From NCBI GenBank assembly GCA_040081625.1, contig JBEBGD010000012.1, forward strand, positions 1-64,000: a stretch of DNA of 64,000 nt, given 5' to 3'. Position 1 is the first letter of the stretch; the number at the start of each line of letters is the position of its first letter. The position numbers and the translations under genes are program-made. This DNA is from Chthoniobacteraceae bacterium (lineage in GTDB: Bacteria; Verrucomicrobiota; Verrucomicrobiia; Chthoniobacterales; Chthoniobacteraceae). Positions 36,755 to 47,500 of this stretch are shown here, one piece after another. A model generated the notes under the pieces. The model did no database searches. It saw only the letters and a program-made list of their open reading frames with translations, and was not told the origin of the DNA.

Positions 36755-39700
36755 TCAGTTCCCCTGAAGGCGCAGCCGGAAGAACTGCTTCGTTCCGAGC
36801 ATCGGGCCGCTGATGTTCACGGAACCTCCGGGCAGCGGGAGGCCGTCGTTGCCAGGCACGTCCCACTGCCACCACGTCGCGAGGTCGAGCGAGGTCTCGA
36901 CGATGCCCGAGCGATTCGCCGGCACGTCGAAGCTGAACGTCGCGGTGTTCAAACTCGTGCTCACCAGCGGCGTGAGGAAGCTGGCGCCGCTGAGCGGATT
37001 CGTGAGCGCGAGGAACTCGGCTTCATTCGTCCGCCCATCGCCATCGGCATCGAAAGTCGGTGCGCCCTCGGATGAGCTGCTCGATCCAAACTGCGCGAGC
37101 CGCCACTGCGCGTAGGTCTGCTGCGTCGGCAGCGCGTTCGCGATCCAATCGGACAGCAGCGCGATGCCTGTCTGGTCGAGTTCGCTCGTCGCGAGCGGCG
37201 GCATCCGCGTGTAGCCATTCGTCGCGGCGATGCGGCTGAGCATGACGGAGTGCAAAGTGTCGCCGGGCACGATCAGCTTGTCGTTCGGATCGAGCGCCGC
37301 CGCGGCGTTGCCGTTGATGAGCCCGGTCACCGCGAGTGTGAGTTCGGGCCGCCCGTCCCACGACGGCCCGGAGCCGCCCGGCAGGTGGCAGTAGGCGCAG
37401 TTCACCGCGAGGTAGGAACGCGCGCGCGCCTCGACCGGATACGCCGTTTCATCCGGCCGCACGTGCCGCGGCAGCACGTTCGCCGACGGCACGCTGTTGC
37501 CGAAAAATCCCGCGTCGCGCAGCAGCGTGAGCTGGTTGCCGGTGAAGCCGTTGATCGTCTCGGTGCAATTCAACTGCCGCGTCGTGAACGACAGCGCGTG
37601 CCCACCCTGTGGCGTGTGGCAGCTCACGCACTCGGTCCGGCTCGGGATGTGCCAGTGCTGCGTGTAAGGCAGGCCGCCATCCGTGATCGCGAGGTCGAAG
37701 TCGTCGCCGCCATCGCTCACCAGCGCCGCCTCGGTCTGCGCCTCGTTCCATTTGTAGCTCACGCCATAGACGCCGCCCGCGTTGCGCACGAGCACGCGCG
37801 TTTCGATCCGCTTCTTCGTCGCGGGAACGCCGCGCGTCATTTCCATGTCGAAGTGCTTCACCCAGATCATCCCGCCGGGCAGCGTCCACAGGCTGTCTTT
37901 CGACCACGTCATCGTGCTCACGAGGTCGGGCATCATGAACCAGCGCCGCTTCACCGCGTAGTCGCTCCAGAACGTGAGGTTCGGTGTGTATGGCAGCAGG
38001 CCCGGGGCAGGGGAGAGGTCGCTCACGTCGGCGAAAAGCTCCGTCGCGCTCAACGTCGCGGGATAACCGCCGGCCGGCGTCGTCGTGATGAGCCGCATGA
38101 TCGTCCCCGTGAAATACGACGAGAGCAGCACGTCGCCATTGCTCGGGTCTGTGCCGAAGTTCGCCGGGAACGCCGAGCCCGCGATGCGCCCGACCGTCGT
38201 CACGCCACCCGGCCGAGTGAGCGCCCAGATGTTTCCCGACACGTGATCGCCGAAAATGTAAGCGCCCACGAGGCTCGAGAAGCGCGTGCCGCGATACACC
38301 ACGCCGCCGGTGATTGAGTTGCCCTTGAAGTTCGAGTCGCCCGCCTGCGAGTTGTGAACATATTCGTAGATCGGATCGGTGTAGATGAAACCCGGCGGCG
38401 CCTGCGCGGACTTCGGCCCCGGGTGCGCGCCGTCGCGATACGCCCAGCCGTAATTTCCGCCGTCCTCGATGAGGTGAACCTCCTCGTAAATATCCTGCCC
38501 CACGTCGCCGCACCACAGCTCGCCCGTCGCGGAGTCGAATGAGAACCGCCACGGACTGCGCAGCCCGACCGCCCAGAACTCCGAGCGCACCGTCGCCGCA
38601 TTCACCGCGACGCCATTGAACGTCGTCGCGCCCACCCACGGATTGTCCGCGGGCACTTTGTATCGCGCGACACCGCTGTCGGTTGGGATGATCGTGTTCG
38701 CCGGGTCGGCAGCGGGGTTCGGTTCCAGATTTCCCGCGAGCCGATCCACGTCGATTCGCATCATCGCGGAGAAGAACTTCCCGTCGATCTTCTGCGAGTT
38801 GTTGAGGTAGTCGTTCGCGTTCGCCTCGTCGCCGTAGGCTGTGTAGAGATAACCGTCCGGACCGAAATGGATGTCGCCGCCGTTGTGGTTGTCGATGCGG
38901 TCGCGCTGCTCGAGGAGCATGGACTCCGAGTTCGCATCCGCGACCGGCGTGGGCGAGCCGATCTGCGCGGTGGGAATCGTGAAGCGCGAGAGCCGCTGAT
39001 ACCACACGGTGTTGTCGCTCGCCTTGCGCACCGAGTAGTGGACGTAGAAGTAACCGTTCGATGCGAAATTCGGATGGAACGCGAGCCCGAGCAGCCCGCA
39101 CTCGCCATCCGGCCCGGCGACGATGCTCTCGGTCCCGCCGCGATTCGCGAGCATCGTCGGGATGTCGAGCACGACGGCGCTCGTCGGCGCGCTCGCCGTC
39201 ACGTCCGGGACCACTTTCAGCAACCCGCCGATCTCGCACACGAACAGCCGTTGCGCGTCGCCCGGCGGGCTCGCGAAAGCCAGCGGCTTGGTGAACGAAA
39301 GATTTCCAAATGCCGGCACGATCTGCACCGCGGTCGGCGGCGGGCTCGCTGGCACGTTGTGGCCGGGGTTCGCGATGCGCAGCGCGGTCGAGATGTTCAC
39401 CGTCACCGTCGTCGGCGCCGAGTAGCCGCCGAACCCGAGCACGCGATACGTGAACGTGACCGGCGTCGTGCTCGTGCCCGCGTGCGCGTAGAGGATGCGT
39501 CCCGACGAATCCGGCGTCGCGGTGCCGACGGCTGGCGGCGTCACGATCTCGACGGTCGCCGGATCGATGCTGCCGGTGTCGTTCGCGAGCACCGGGACTC
39601 GCACCTTCTGCCCCGCATGAATCGTCGCCGTGTCGGCCTGCGTCACCGCCGGGCCGAAGGTCGTGTCCGTGCCGCGATTGTAGCTCGCCATCACCTCCGT

Positions 39701-41278
39701 CGGAGTGAGCGCGCCGTTGTAGATGCGCAGTTCGTTGAGCGCGAGGTGCGCGTTCATGTCGCCGGAGTAAGCCGAGCGTCCGATCCAGTTGTTGACGTCC
39801 GAGATCTGCGAGAGCCGGAAGTTCATCTCGAGCACATGCTGGAGCACGCCGTTGCGATACCACTTCGCGCGTGAGCCGGTGCCGCCGTATTGCCCCACGC
39901 CGTCCTCGACCGTGAGCACGTAGTGATACTCCGTGCCCGCGGTCGTCGCCGTGGAGAGATCGGTCTCGTAGAGAATTGGACCCGCGTTGTTGTATTCGCC
40001 CTCGATGCGGTTCTTGCCGAATGTCGCGGCGGAGTTGAGCGAGAGCACGAGGTTGTCGTAGCCGTCGAAGTTACCCGGCGCCGCGGCGCCATCGATGACC
40101 TCACCCGTCGCCGCGCCCGCGCCGCTGGTGATCGTGCTGCGCCCGAAATCAAACAGCCGCTGGTCGGTTCGCGACGAGAGCGGTGCGCACCACGCCTCGG
40201 CGGTGAAGTTTGGCTTCGTGTTCACGATGTTGTTCGGAAGATCGACGTAAGCCGAGATCGCCGACGCGCTCTGGTTGCCGTTCGTCCCGCCGGGCAGCGT
40301 GAGCGCCGTGCCGCTGAGCGTCGCCCCTGCACCGCGCACCGTCGCCGTCGCGCCTCCGATCGTGTCGATGAAGTTTGTGCCGGTCGTTTCGTTGAACGAC
40401 CAGCGATTCACCGGCTGCGCCGGCACCGCTGTGACCGCCGGCGGCGACCAGAGCGCATCCGGCCCGGCATCGCGGCTCGCGACAACTTCCTCCGGCGTCA
40501 TCGCGTGATCGTAGATGCGGAACTCATTGAACGACGCGTTCGCGTTCGAGTCGCCGCTCCACATCGAACGGCCGAGCCAGTTGTTCACGTCCTCGAGATT
40601 CGCGAGCCGATACGGCACCGGGGCCACGACCATCACCACGCCGTCGCGATACCACGTGAGCATCCCGCCGATGTCCGCAAACGGCCCGACGCCGCCTGCG
40701 AACGTGAGCACGTAGTGATACTGCTGGCCGAGCGTCGTGGAGCAGTTCGCGTCGCGCGTGACGAAGCTGCCGCCATTGAGCGCCGCCTCCATCCGCTGCT
40801 GCGCGATGTTCGTGCCGATGTCGAACGAAAGCATGATGTTGTCCGACGCGCTCGTCCCGCCGGGCGCAGTCGTCGTCGTGCCGGTGATCTCACCCGCCGC
40901 GCCACCGCCGACTCCCGCGGTGTTCACGCGCCCGAGGTCGAAGACGCGCATCCAGTTCTTCGCCGTGATCGGCGTCGCCCACGCTTCGAGCGTGATGCTC
41001 GTCTTCGACGACACGATCCCATTCGGCAGATCGACGTAGCCCGAGATGTTCGCCGCGGTCTGGTTGCCGTTCGTCGTGCCGGTGAGCGTCAATTGCGTGC
41101 CGGTGAACGTGGAGCCGTTGCCGCGCACGTAAGCGATCTCGCTGCCGACGCTGTCGGTGAGCACCGTCCCGGCGGGTGCGCTGCCGGAGCCGTCGAATGA
41201 CCAGCGGTTCGTCAGTTCCGCGCGGGCGAAGTGAGGGACGCAGGTTAGCAGCGCGATGAGGAAGGCGCGCTGCATCAT
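36755..41278 (-). CDS. Secreted 2xLamG + Ig + PQQ-dependent glucose/sorbosone dehydrogenase + diheme cytochrome c protein
   Basis: GLLGLAFHPNF, NHNGGDIHFGPDGYLY, GLRSPWRFSFD, DVGQ; FWSDYAVKRRW; CVSCH and CAYCH; RMPP. Confidence 0.9.
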   Translation of the reverse strand: MMQRAFLIALLTCVPHFARAELTNRWSFDGSGSAPAGTVLTDSVGSEIAYVRGNGSTFTGTQLTLTGTTNGNQTAANISGYVDLPNGIVSSKTSITLEAWATPITAKNWMRVFDLGRVNTAGVGGGAAGEITGTTTTAPGGTSASDNIMLSFDIGTNIAQQRMEAALNGGSFVTRDANCSTTLGQQYHYVLTFAGGVGPFADIGGMLTWYRDGVVMVVAPVPYRLANLEDVNNWLGRSMWSGDSNANASFNEFRIYDHAMTPEEVVASRDAGPDALWSPPAVTAVPAQPVNRWSFNETTGTNFIDTIGGATATVRGAGATLSGTALTLPGGTNGNQSASAISAYVDLPNNIVNTKPNFTAEAWCAPLSSRTDQRLFDFGRSTITSGAGAATGEVIDGAAAPGNFDGYDNLVLSLNSAATFGKNRIEGEYNNAGPILYETDLSTATTAGTEYHYVLTVEDGVGQYGGTGSRAKWYRNGVLQHVLEMNFRLSQISDVNNWIGRSAYSGDMNAHLALNELRIYNGALTPTEVMASYNRGTDTTFGPAVTQADTATIHAGQKVRVPVLANDTGSIDPATVEIVTPPAVGTATPDSSGRILYAHAGTSTTPVTFTYRVLGFGGYSAPTTVTVNISTALRIANPGHNVPASPPPTAVQIVPAFGNLSFTKPLAFASPPGDAQRLFVCEIGGLLKVVPDVTASAPTSAVVLDIPTMLANRGGTESIVAGPDGECGLLGLAFHPNFASNGYFYVHYSVRKASDNTVWYQRLSRFTIPTAQIGSPTPVADANSESMLLEQRDRIDNHNGGDIHFGPDGYLYTAYGDEANANDYLNNSQKIDGKFFSAMMRIDVDRLAGNLEPNPAADPANTIIPTDSGVARYKVPADNPWVGATTFNGVAVNAATVRSEFWAVGLRSPWRFSFDSATGELWCGDVGQDIYEEVHLIEDGGNYGWAYRDGAHPGPKSAQAPPGFIYTDPIYEYVHNSQAGDSNFKGNSITGGVVYRGTRFSSLVGAYIFGDHVSGNIWALTRPGGVTTVGRIAGSAFPANFGTDPSNGDVLLSSYFTGTIMRLITTTPAGGYPATLSATELFADVSDLSPAPGLLPYTPNLTFWSDYAVKRRWFMMPDLVSTMTWSKDSLWTLPGGMIWVKHFDMEMTRGVPATKKRIETRVLVRNAGGVYGVSYKWNEAQTEAALVSDGGDDFDLAITDGGLPYTQHWHIPSRTECVSCHTPQGGHALSFTTRQLNCTETINGFTGNQLTLLRDAGFFGNSVPSANVLPRHVRPDETAYPVEARARSYLAVNCAYCHLPGGSGPSWDGRPELTLAVTGLINGNAAAALDPNDKLIVPGDTLHSVMLSRIAATNGYTRMPPLATSELDQTGIALLSDWIANALPTQQTYAQWRLAQFGSSSSSEGAPTFDADGDGRTNEAEFLALTNPLSGASFLTPLVSTSLNTATFSFDVPANRSGIVETSLDLATWWQWDVPGNDGLPLPGGSVNISGPMLGTKQFFRLRLQGN

Positions 41279-41325
41279 CGGCCGAAAGAAGTGGTCTGCG
41301 GCGGATTCATTGGACGATGGGCTCG

Positions 41326-41368
41326 AAAATGAGAACCCCGGCCGGCGGCCCCCACCGCCGACCGGGGT
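41326..41368 (-). terminator. Putative intrinsic terminator downstream of the PEP-CTERM gene
   Basis: Minus strand ACCCCGGTCGGCGG-TGGGGG-CCGCCGGCCGGGGT followed by TCTCATTTT. Confidence 0.6.
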
Positions 41369-41523
41369 CGTATTCTACGTCCCAGACGCCGTTCTCCCAA
41401 ACGGCGCTATGCGCGGTAGAAATTGATGACACGAAAGACACCACGGCGCACTCGCGCCGCGGCTGCCTGGCCGCAGAAGTTCCCCCCCGGTCATGGACCG
41501 GGCAACATTGGTCAGGCGTGAAT

Positions 41524-44500
41524 TCATCGGGCGATGCGACGGCGGAAGCGCTGCAAGCCGAGCAGTCCCCCGAGGCCGGCACACAGCGCGGCGATCGAGT
41601 TTGGCTCCGGCACCACGACCAGCGCGACCGATGTCACGCCGGCATAGGCCGCGTCGTTGTAGTTGTAATCAACCGCGAACGGCGTGCCGTTGAGCGTGAA
41701 GTAGGCAGCCGTCGCATCGTTGCCGGTGTAGTCGGTGAGATCGAAGTCGAAACCGGGCACGCGGAAGAATCCGCTCCCGAGCCGGTCGCCGCTGTAGGTC
41801 ATGAACGTGAGGTGATCGTGCAGGCTCAGCGCGCCGGGGGCCGCGTCGCTCACCACGAGGCTCACGGCGCCGCTCAAAGTGAGATCACCATCCGCCGCGG
41901 TCGCTGCGCTGATGCGCACGACGTCGGCGAGTTGCGTCGTCGTGTTGATCTCGAGTTGGAAGTCCGAGCCGCCATTGAGCATCAGCGGTCCCGTGAAGAG
42001 CGTGCCGATGCTCGCGCCGGGACTGAGAATGCCGTCGGCGTTGACGATCACGTTGCCCGTGATGTGTCCGGTGCCGCCGAGCGTGGCGTTCGCCTCGACC
42101 GTCACGTCGCCACTGCCCGTCGCGGAGCCGCCGGTGTTGCTCGCCATGAACGTGCCCGCGCTGATCGTCGTCGGTCCACTGAAGGTCGCGCTGTTGTCAC
42201 TCGACACCGCGAGCGTGCCGGTGCCGAGCTTGCTCAAGCCGCTCGTGCCGCTGATCGCGCCGGAGACGGTAAGGCTGTTGCCGCCCGTCACCTTGAACGA
42301 TCCGCCGCCCACGCCGAGCGCGATCGCGCGCGTCGAGCCGAGATCGAACGTGCCCGTGCTCTCGAGCGTGCCGCCCGCGAGCGAGAGCGTGTTGGTTGCG
42401 GATGCGTTGCCGAGGTTGTCGCTCGCGCTGATGCTCAGCGTGCCGCCGTTGATCGCCGTCGGCCCCGCGTAGGTGTTCACGCCGGAGAAGGTCGTCGTGC
42501 CCGTGCCGGTCTTCACGATGTTCACCGGGTCGGCGGGGAAGTCGAACACGTCGTCCTTGATCACCCCGCTGAATGTCGTGTCGGCATTGTTTCCGCCGAT
42601 CGAGAACGTGAGCGAGCCAACGCCCGTGTTGTTGCCGATCACGCCGGAGCCGGAGATCGCGCCGAGCGCGATCGTGTTCGATCCCGCGATGTCGCTCGTG
42701 AGGGCGCCGGTCGCTCCGACATCCCACGTCGCGCTCGCGCTGCCCGCGCTCGTCGTTGTGAACCGCGTGAAGCCCGCGCTCGTCGAGAGCGTGCCGGCGA
42801 AGCCGCTGTTGTCGCCGCTGAGGAAGAGCGAGCCGTCGCCGGTCTTCGTCGCGGTGCCGCTGCCGGTGATGCTGCCGGTGAGCGTGAGGTCGCTGCCAGT
42901 CGGCGTGCTGAAGCCGTTTCCGGCGACTGCGTTGACCTGCACCGTGTTCGCCAGCGTGCGCGTGCCGCTTGCGCCGAGCGCGCCGCCGTTGAGCGTCACG
43001 AGGCCGGAGCCGACCGCCGCGTCGTTGCCCGCGGCGAGCGTGCCCGCGTTGATCGTCGTGCCGGTGTGTGTGTTCGTGCCCGTGAGCGTCGCCGTGCCTG
43101 CGCCGTTTTTCGTGAGGCTGCCGGTCGTGTTCGCGACGAGCGTCGCGGTGCCGGTCACATTGCCCGTGCCGCCGCCGCCGATGAGCGTGAAGGTAGGCGC
43201 ACTCGTGTAATCCACGCCGGAATTCGTGATCGTGATGCCGGTGAGATTGCCCGCGCCGTCGATCGTCGCGACCGCGCTCGCGCCGATGCCTCCACCGCCG
43301 GTGATCTGCACGAGCGGCGCGCCGATGTAGCCCGAGCCGCTCGCGCTCAGCCCCGTCGCGCTCACGCCGTTGCCGGTCGGCGTAGTGAGGTTTTGCCCGA
43401 TCGTGATCGCGAAGCCGCCGTCGTCGATCGTCGCGCCGCCGCTGCGCACCCACGCGGCGGTGAGCCCGCTCATGAAGTTTGCGTTGTTCCCGCCGGCCTT
43501 GAGCGTGCCGCCGTCGAAGCTGACGATGCCGGTGCCCGCGCCTTTCTGCACGATCGTCGTCGTCACCGTGCCGCCGTTCAGGTTCACCGTGCCGGAGCCC
43601 GTTCCGCCGATCGCGAGCTGAAGACCGATCGCGCCCGAGATGTTCACCGCTGCCGTGCCCGCCACTGTCAGCGTTCCCGCGCCGGCTTCGCCGACGATGA
43701 AGCGTCCCTGGTTCGCCGCCGTGCTCGTCACGTTCACCGTGCCGCCGGTGAGATGCACGACACCCCACGAGGTGGGCACCGAGCCATTGACCGTGGCGAA
43801 CGAACCGGTCGTGAAGTTTTGAGCCGTCACATTCACCGTGCCGCCGCTGACGTTGAAGTAGCCGACGCCATCGCGACCGACGGGCAGCCAGCCGCCGGAG
43901 TTGAGCGTGCCCCCGGTCTGCGTGAAGGCGCCATACGCACCGCCGACGTTGCCGACCCACATCTCCGCGACTGCGGTGATCGTGCCGGAGGTGAGATTGA
44001 GCGCGCCCGCAGTGCCGCTGATGTTGCCGAGCGACAGGCTTGGCACTCCGCCCTTGTTCGCGTTGATCGTGCCGCCGTCCACGTTCATCACCGCATTCGT
44101 GCCCGCGGTGGTGCCGACGTTGACCTGGCCCGTGGTCGTGAGCGTTCCGGGCACGTTGAGCGTGCCGGCGTTCACGTTCATCACGCCGCTGTAGTTGCTC
44201 ACGCCGGACATCGTCATCGTGCCCGCGCCGGATTTCGCCATGCCCGCGCCCGCGCTGCCGGTCGTGACCGCCGCGGAGAGGAGCAGGTCGGTCGCAGCCG
44301 CGCCGTCCGCGACCGTGAACGTGAGGATGCCGCCCGGATTGTTTTCGCGCAGGTTGATGCGGCCCGCGATCGTCGAAGTCGTCGCGCTCGCGAAAGTGTT
44401 CACCGCTGTTCCATTCGCCATCACGTAGAGTTGCGGCGTGCCCGCGTCGCTCACGCCGCCATTGGTCTGCATCGTGCCGCCGGTGAGGTTGAAGATGTGG

Positions 44501-47500
44501 CCGAAGCCCTGGTCGCCGTTCGCGGTGTTGTCGAGCAGGCCGCCGACAATGTTGATCGTCTCCACCTTCGCGCCGCCGTTGTAACCGAGAACATTGTTGC
44601 CGGTCAGCCTGGCGGTCGCGCCCGAATTGATCGTGAGCGTGCCGCGAATGTTGCCGACGCCATCGTTGTTCGGGCGGCTCAGCGTGAGCGTGCCCGCGTT
44701 CACCGTCGTGCCGCCGGTGTGAGTCTGCGCTGCGGAAAGCGTGAGGTTGTTCGTTCCGTTCTGCGTCACCGTGCCGGTGCCGCTGATCACGTCGGCGTAA
44801 GTAAGGTCGGCGGTGCGGTCGAAGACGAGCGCCGCGTTGTTTGTGATGTTCCCGACGACCGAGCCGGTCGCGCCGGCGTTGCCGATTTGCAGCGTGCCCG
44901 CGGAGATCGTTGTGCCGCCGCTGTAGGTGTTGTCGGCGGAGAGGATCACCGTGCCTGCCGTCGTCTTCGTGAGTGCCGCTGCGCCGCCGAGGATCGCGCT
45001 GATCGAGCCGCTCTCGACCGCGTAGGACGTGCCGGTCAGCACGCCGGTCGTGCCGGTGATGCTGCCGCTGTTCAAGACGACCGCGCCGACCGTGTCGCTG
45101 TTCGCGCCGATGTCGAGCGTGCCGCCGTTTACCGTCACCGCGCCCGCGTCGGCGAGTGTGTTCGTCGCGTGGCCGAGCACGAGCGTGCCCGCGGTCACGG
45201 TGGTGCCGCCGGTGAAGGTGTTCTGCGCCGAGAATGTGACGCTGCCGCCGCTCTTGTTCACGAGGATCGCCACGTTGCCGCCAATCGCGCCGTCGCCGAT
45301 TGCGCCGGTGATGTTGATCGCACCCGCGCCGCTGCCCGCGAACGTAAGCGTGCGCGTCGCCGCCGGGGCTGCGTTTCCGTTGATCGCGCTGCTGACGGTG
45401 ACCGGATTGCTCGAGTTGTTTGTCCACGCCTGGCTCGCGCCGAGCGTCACCGCGTTCGCGCTGATCGTGAGCGCGCCCGCACCCGAGTTCATCGTGATGC
45501 CGCCGCTGCTCACGATGGTGAACGTGTTCGCGCCGCCGATGCCGACCGCGCTCGCCGTCGCGATCGTCAGGCTCTTCACGCTCTGGTCACCGCCGAGCGT
45601 CGTGTCGAGGTTCGTCGCGCCGTCGGCGGCGAAGATCACGTCGCTGGTCGCGTCCGGCACCGCGCCGGTGTCCACGCCGCCGGACTGCGTCGTGTCGAAG
45701 TTCGAATTGCCCGCGTTCATCGTGTTCCAGAACGCGTCCTGGTCGCCCTTCCAATACGCCGTGGCCGGCCCAGGCGCGGAGAGCGTGAGCGTGAGCGTGT
45801 TCCCGCCGCTCACGCCGAGCGTGAGGTTCATCCCGCCCAGCGTGGCGACGGAGGACACAAAGTTCGAGAGGCTGATCCCGGTCGCGCCGGTGATGAGATT
45901 GTAAGTGCCCGCCGCGACGCCGATGTCGGCGAAGTTCAGCGTCGTGATGCCCGTCGCGCCGAACGCACCGCCCGAGATCGCAAACCGATCCGCGCCCGCG
46001 CCGATGTCGAAGTCGAGCATGTTGCCGGTGTTGAGCGTGAGGCCGTCGCCGAGCGTGACCACGTTCAGCGCGCTGTTTTGCAGGTCCACCATCGAGCCGG
46101 TGCCGCTGAGCGTGAGCAGGCCGCCGATCGATCCCGTCGCGGGGAAGAACAGCGTCGAGCCCGCCGCGATCGTCACCGCGCCGGTGAAGCCGGTGCCGGA
46201 GAGATTGCCGGCATTGAGATTCGTCGCGCCGGTGTAGGCCGCCGCCGAACTGAGCGTGAGCGTGCCCGCGCCGAGCTTGGTCAGGCCGCCGCTGTTGCTC
46301 GCCGCGAGCGCACTCGCGAAGGTCACGCTCTGCCCGTTCGTATCGATGCTGATCGCGCCGGTGCTGTTGACGATTCGCGTGCCGAGATCGCTCGTGTTTG
46401 TCGCGCTGAATTGCAGCGTGCCGCCACCAAACGTCACATTCCCGCCGCCGCCGATTGCACCAGCGCTGCCGAGCGCAAGCGTGCCGGCGTTCACATTCGT
46501 CGTGCCGGTGTAGGTGTTCGCGCCGGTGAGCGTGAGCGTGCCGCCGCCGTTCTTGGTCAAGCCGCCGCTCGTGTTCGCTGCGAGCACGGGCACATCGAGG
46601 GTCGCGCCAGCGCCGCCGCCGCCGAGCAGCGCAAACGTCGGCGCGCTCGTGTAGCCGACGCCGGGATTGGTGATCGTGATGCTCGTGACTTCACCACTTC
46701 CGTTGATGTTCGCCACCGCCGTCGCGCCCGTGCCGCCGCCACCGGTAATCTGCACCAGCGGCGTGCCGACGTAACCCGTGCCGCCCGCCGTCACCGCGAC
46801 CGAGTTGACGCCGTCGCCCGTCGGCGCGAGAAGCGGCTCGGCGATCGTCACGTTGAAGTTGTTCGTATCGATGACCGCGCCGCCTGCGTTCACATACGCA
46901 TCGGTCAGCGCGAGGTCGGCGAAGAACGCCGCGTTGTTCGCGTTCGCCTTGAGCGTGCCGCCACCGAAGTTGAACCGATACACGCCGGCCGCATTGCTCG
47001 CGCCCTTGGTCACGCCGAACGCCGTAACCGTGCCGCCGTTGAGGTTGAAGTTGCCGACCGTCGAGGACGCCGCGCCGGCAAACTGGATCGTGCCGCTGTT
47101 GACGCCTGCGTTCGTGTTCAGCGTCACCGTGCCGGCGCTGATGTTGTAAGTGCCGTTGCCGTTCTCGCCGACGAACAATCCCGTGTTCGCGCCCGCTGCG
47201 ACGGTGAGCGCGCCGCCGGTCTGGTTGACCACGCCGATCGAGCCCGCGCCACCCGCGCCGATCGTCATGCGGTTCGCGTTCACATTGATCGTGCCACCGC
47301 TCTGGTTGAGCACAGCGCGATCGTTGTTCAGGCCGACGACATACCAACTGCCGACCGTCAGCGTGCCGCCGCTCATCGCCTGCGCGCCGTAAGCTCCGGT
47401 AAAGTTGCCGAGCCAGAATTCGCTCGTCGTCGTCACCGTCCCGGAGCTCTGGTTGAAGACGCCAGTGGCTCCATTGGCTGCCCCGACGAGGAGGCTCGGT

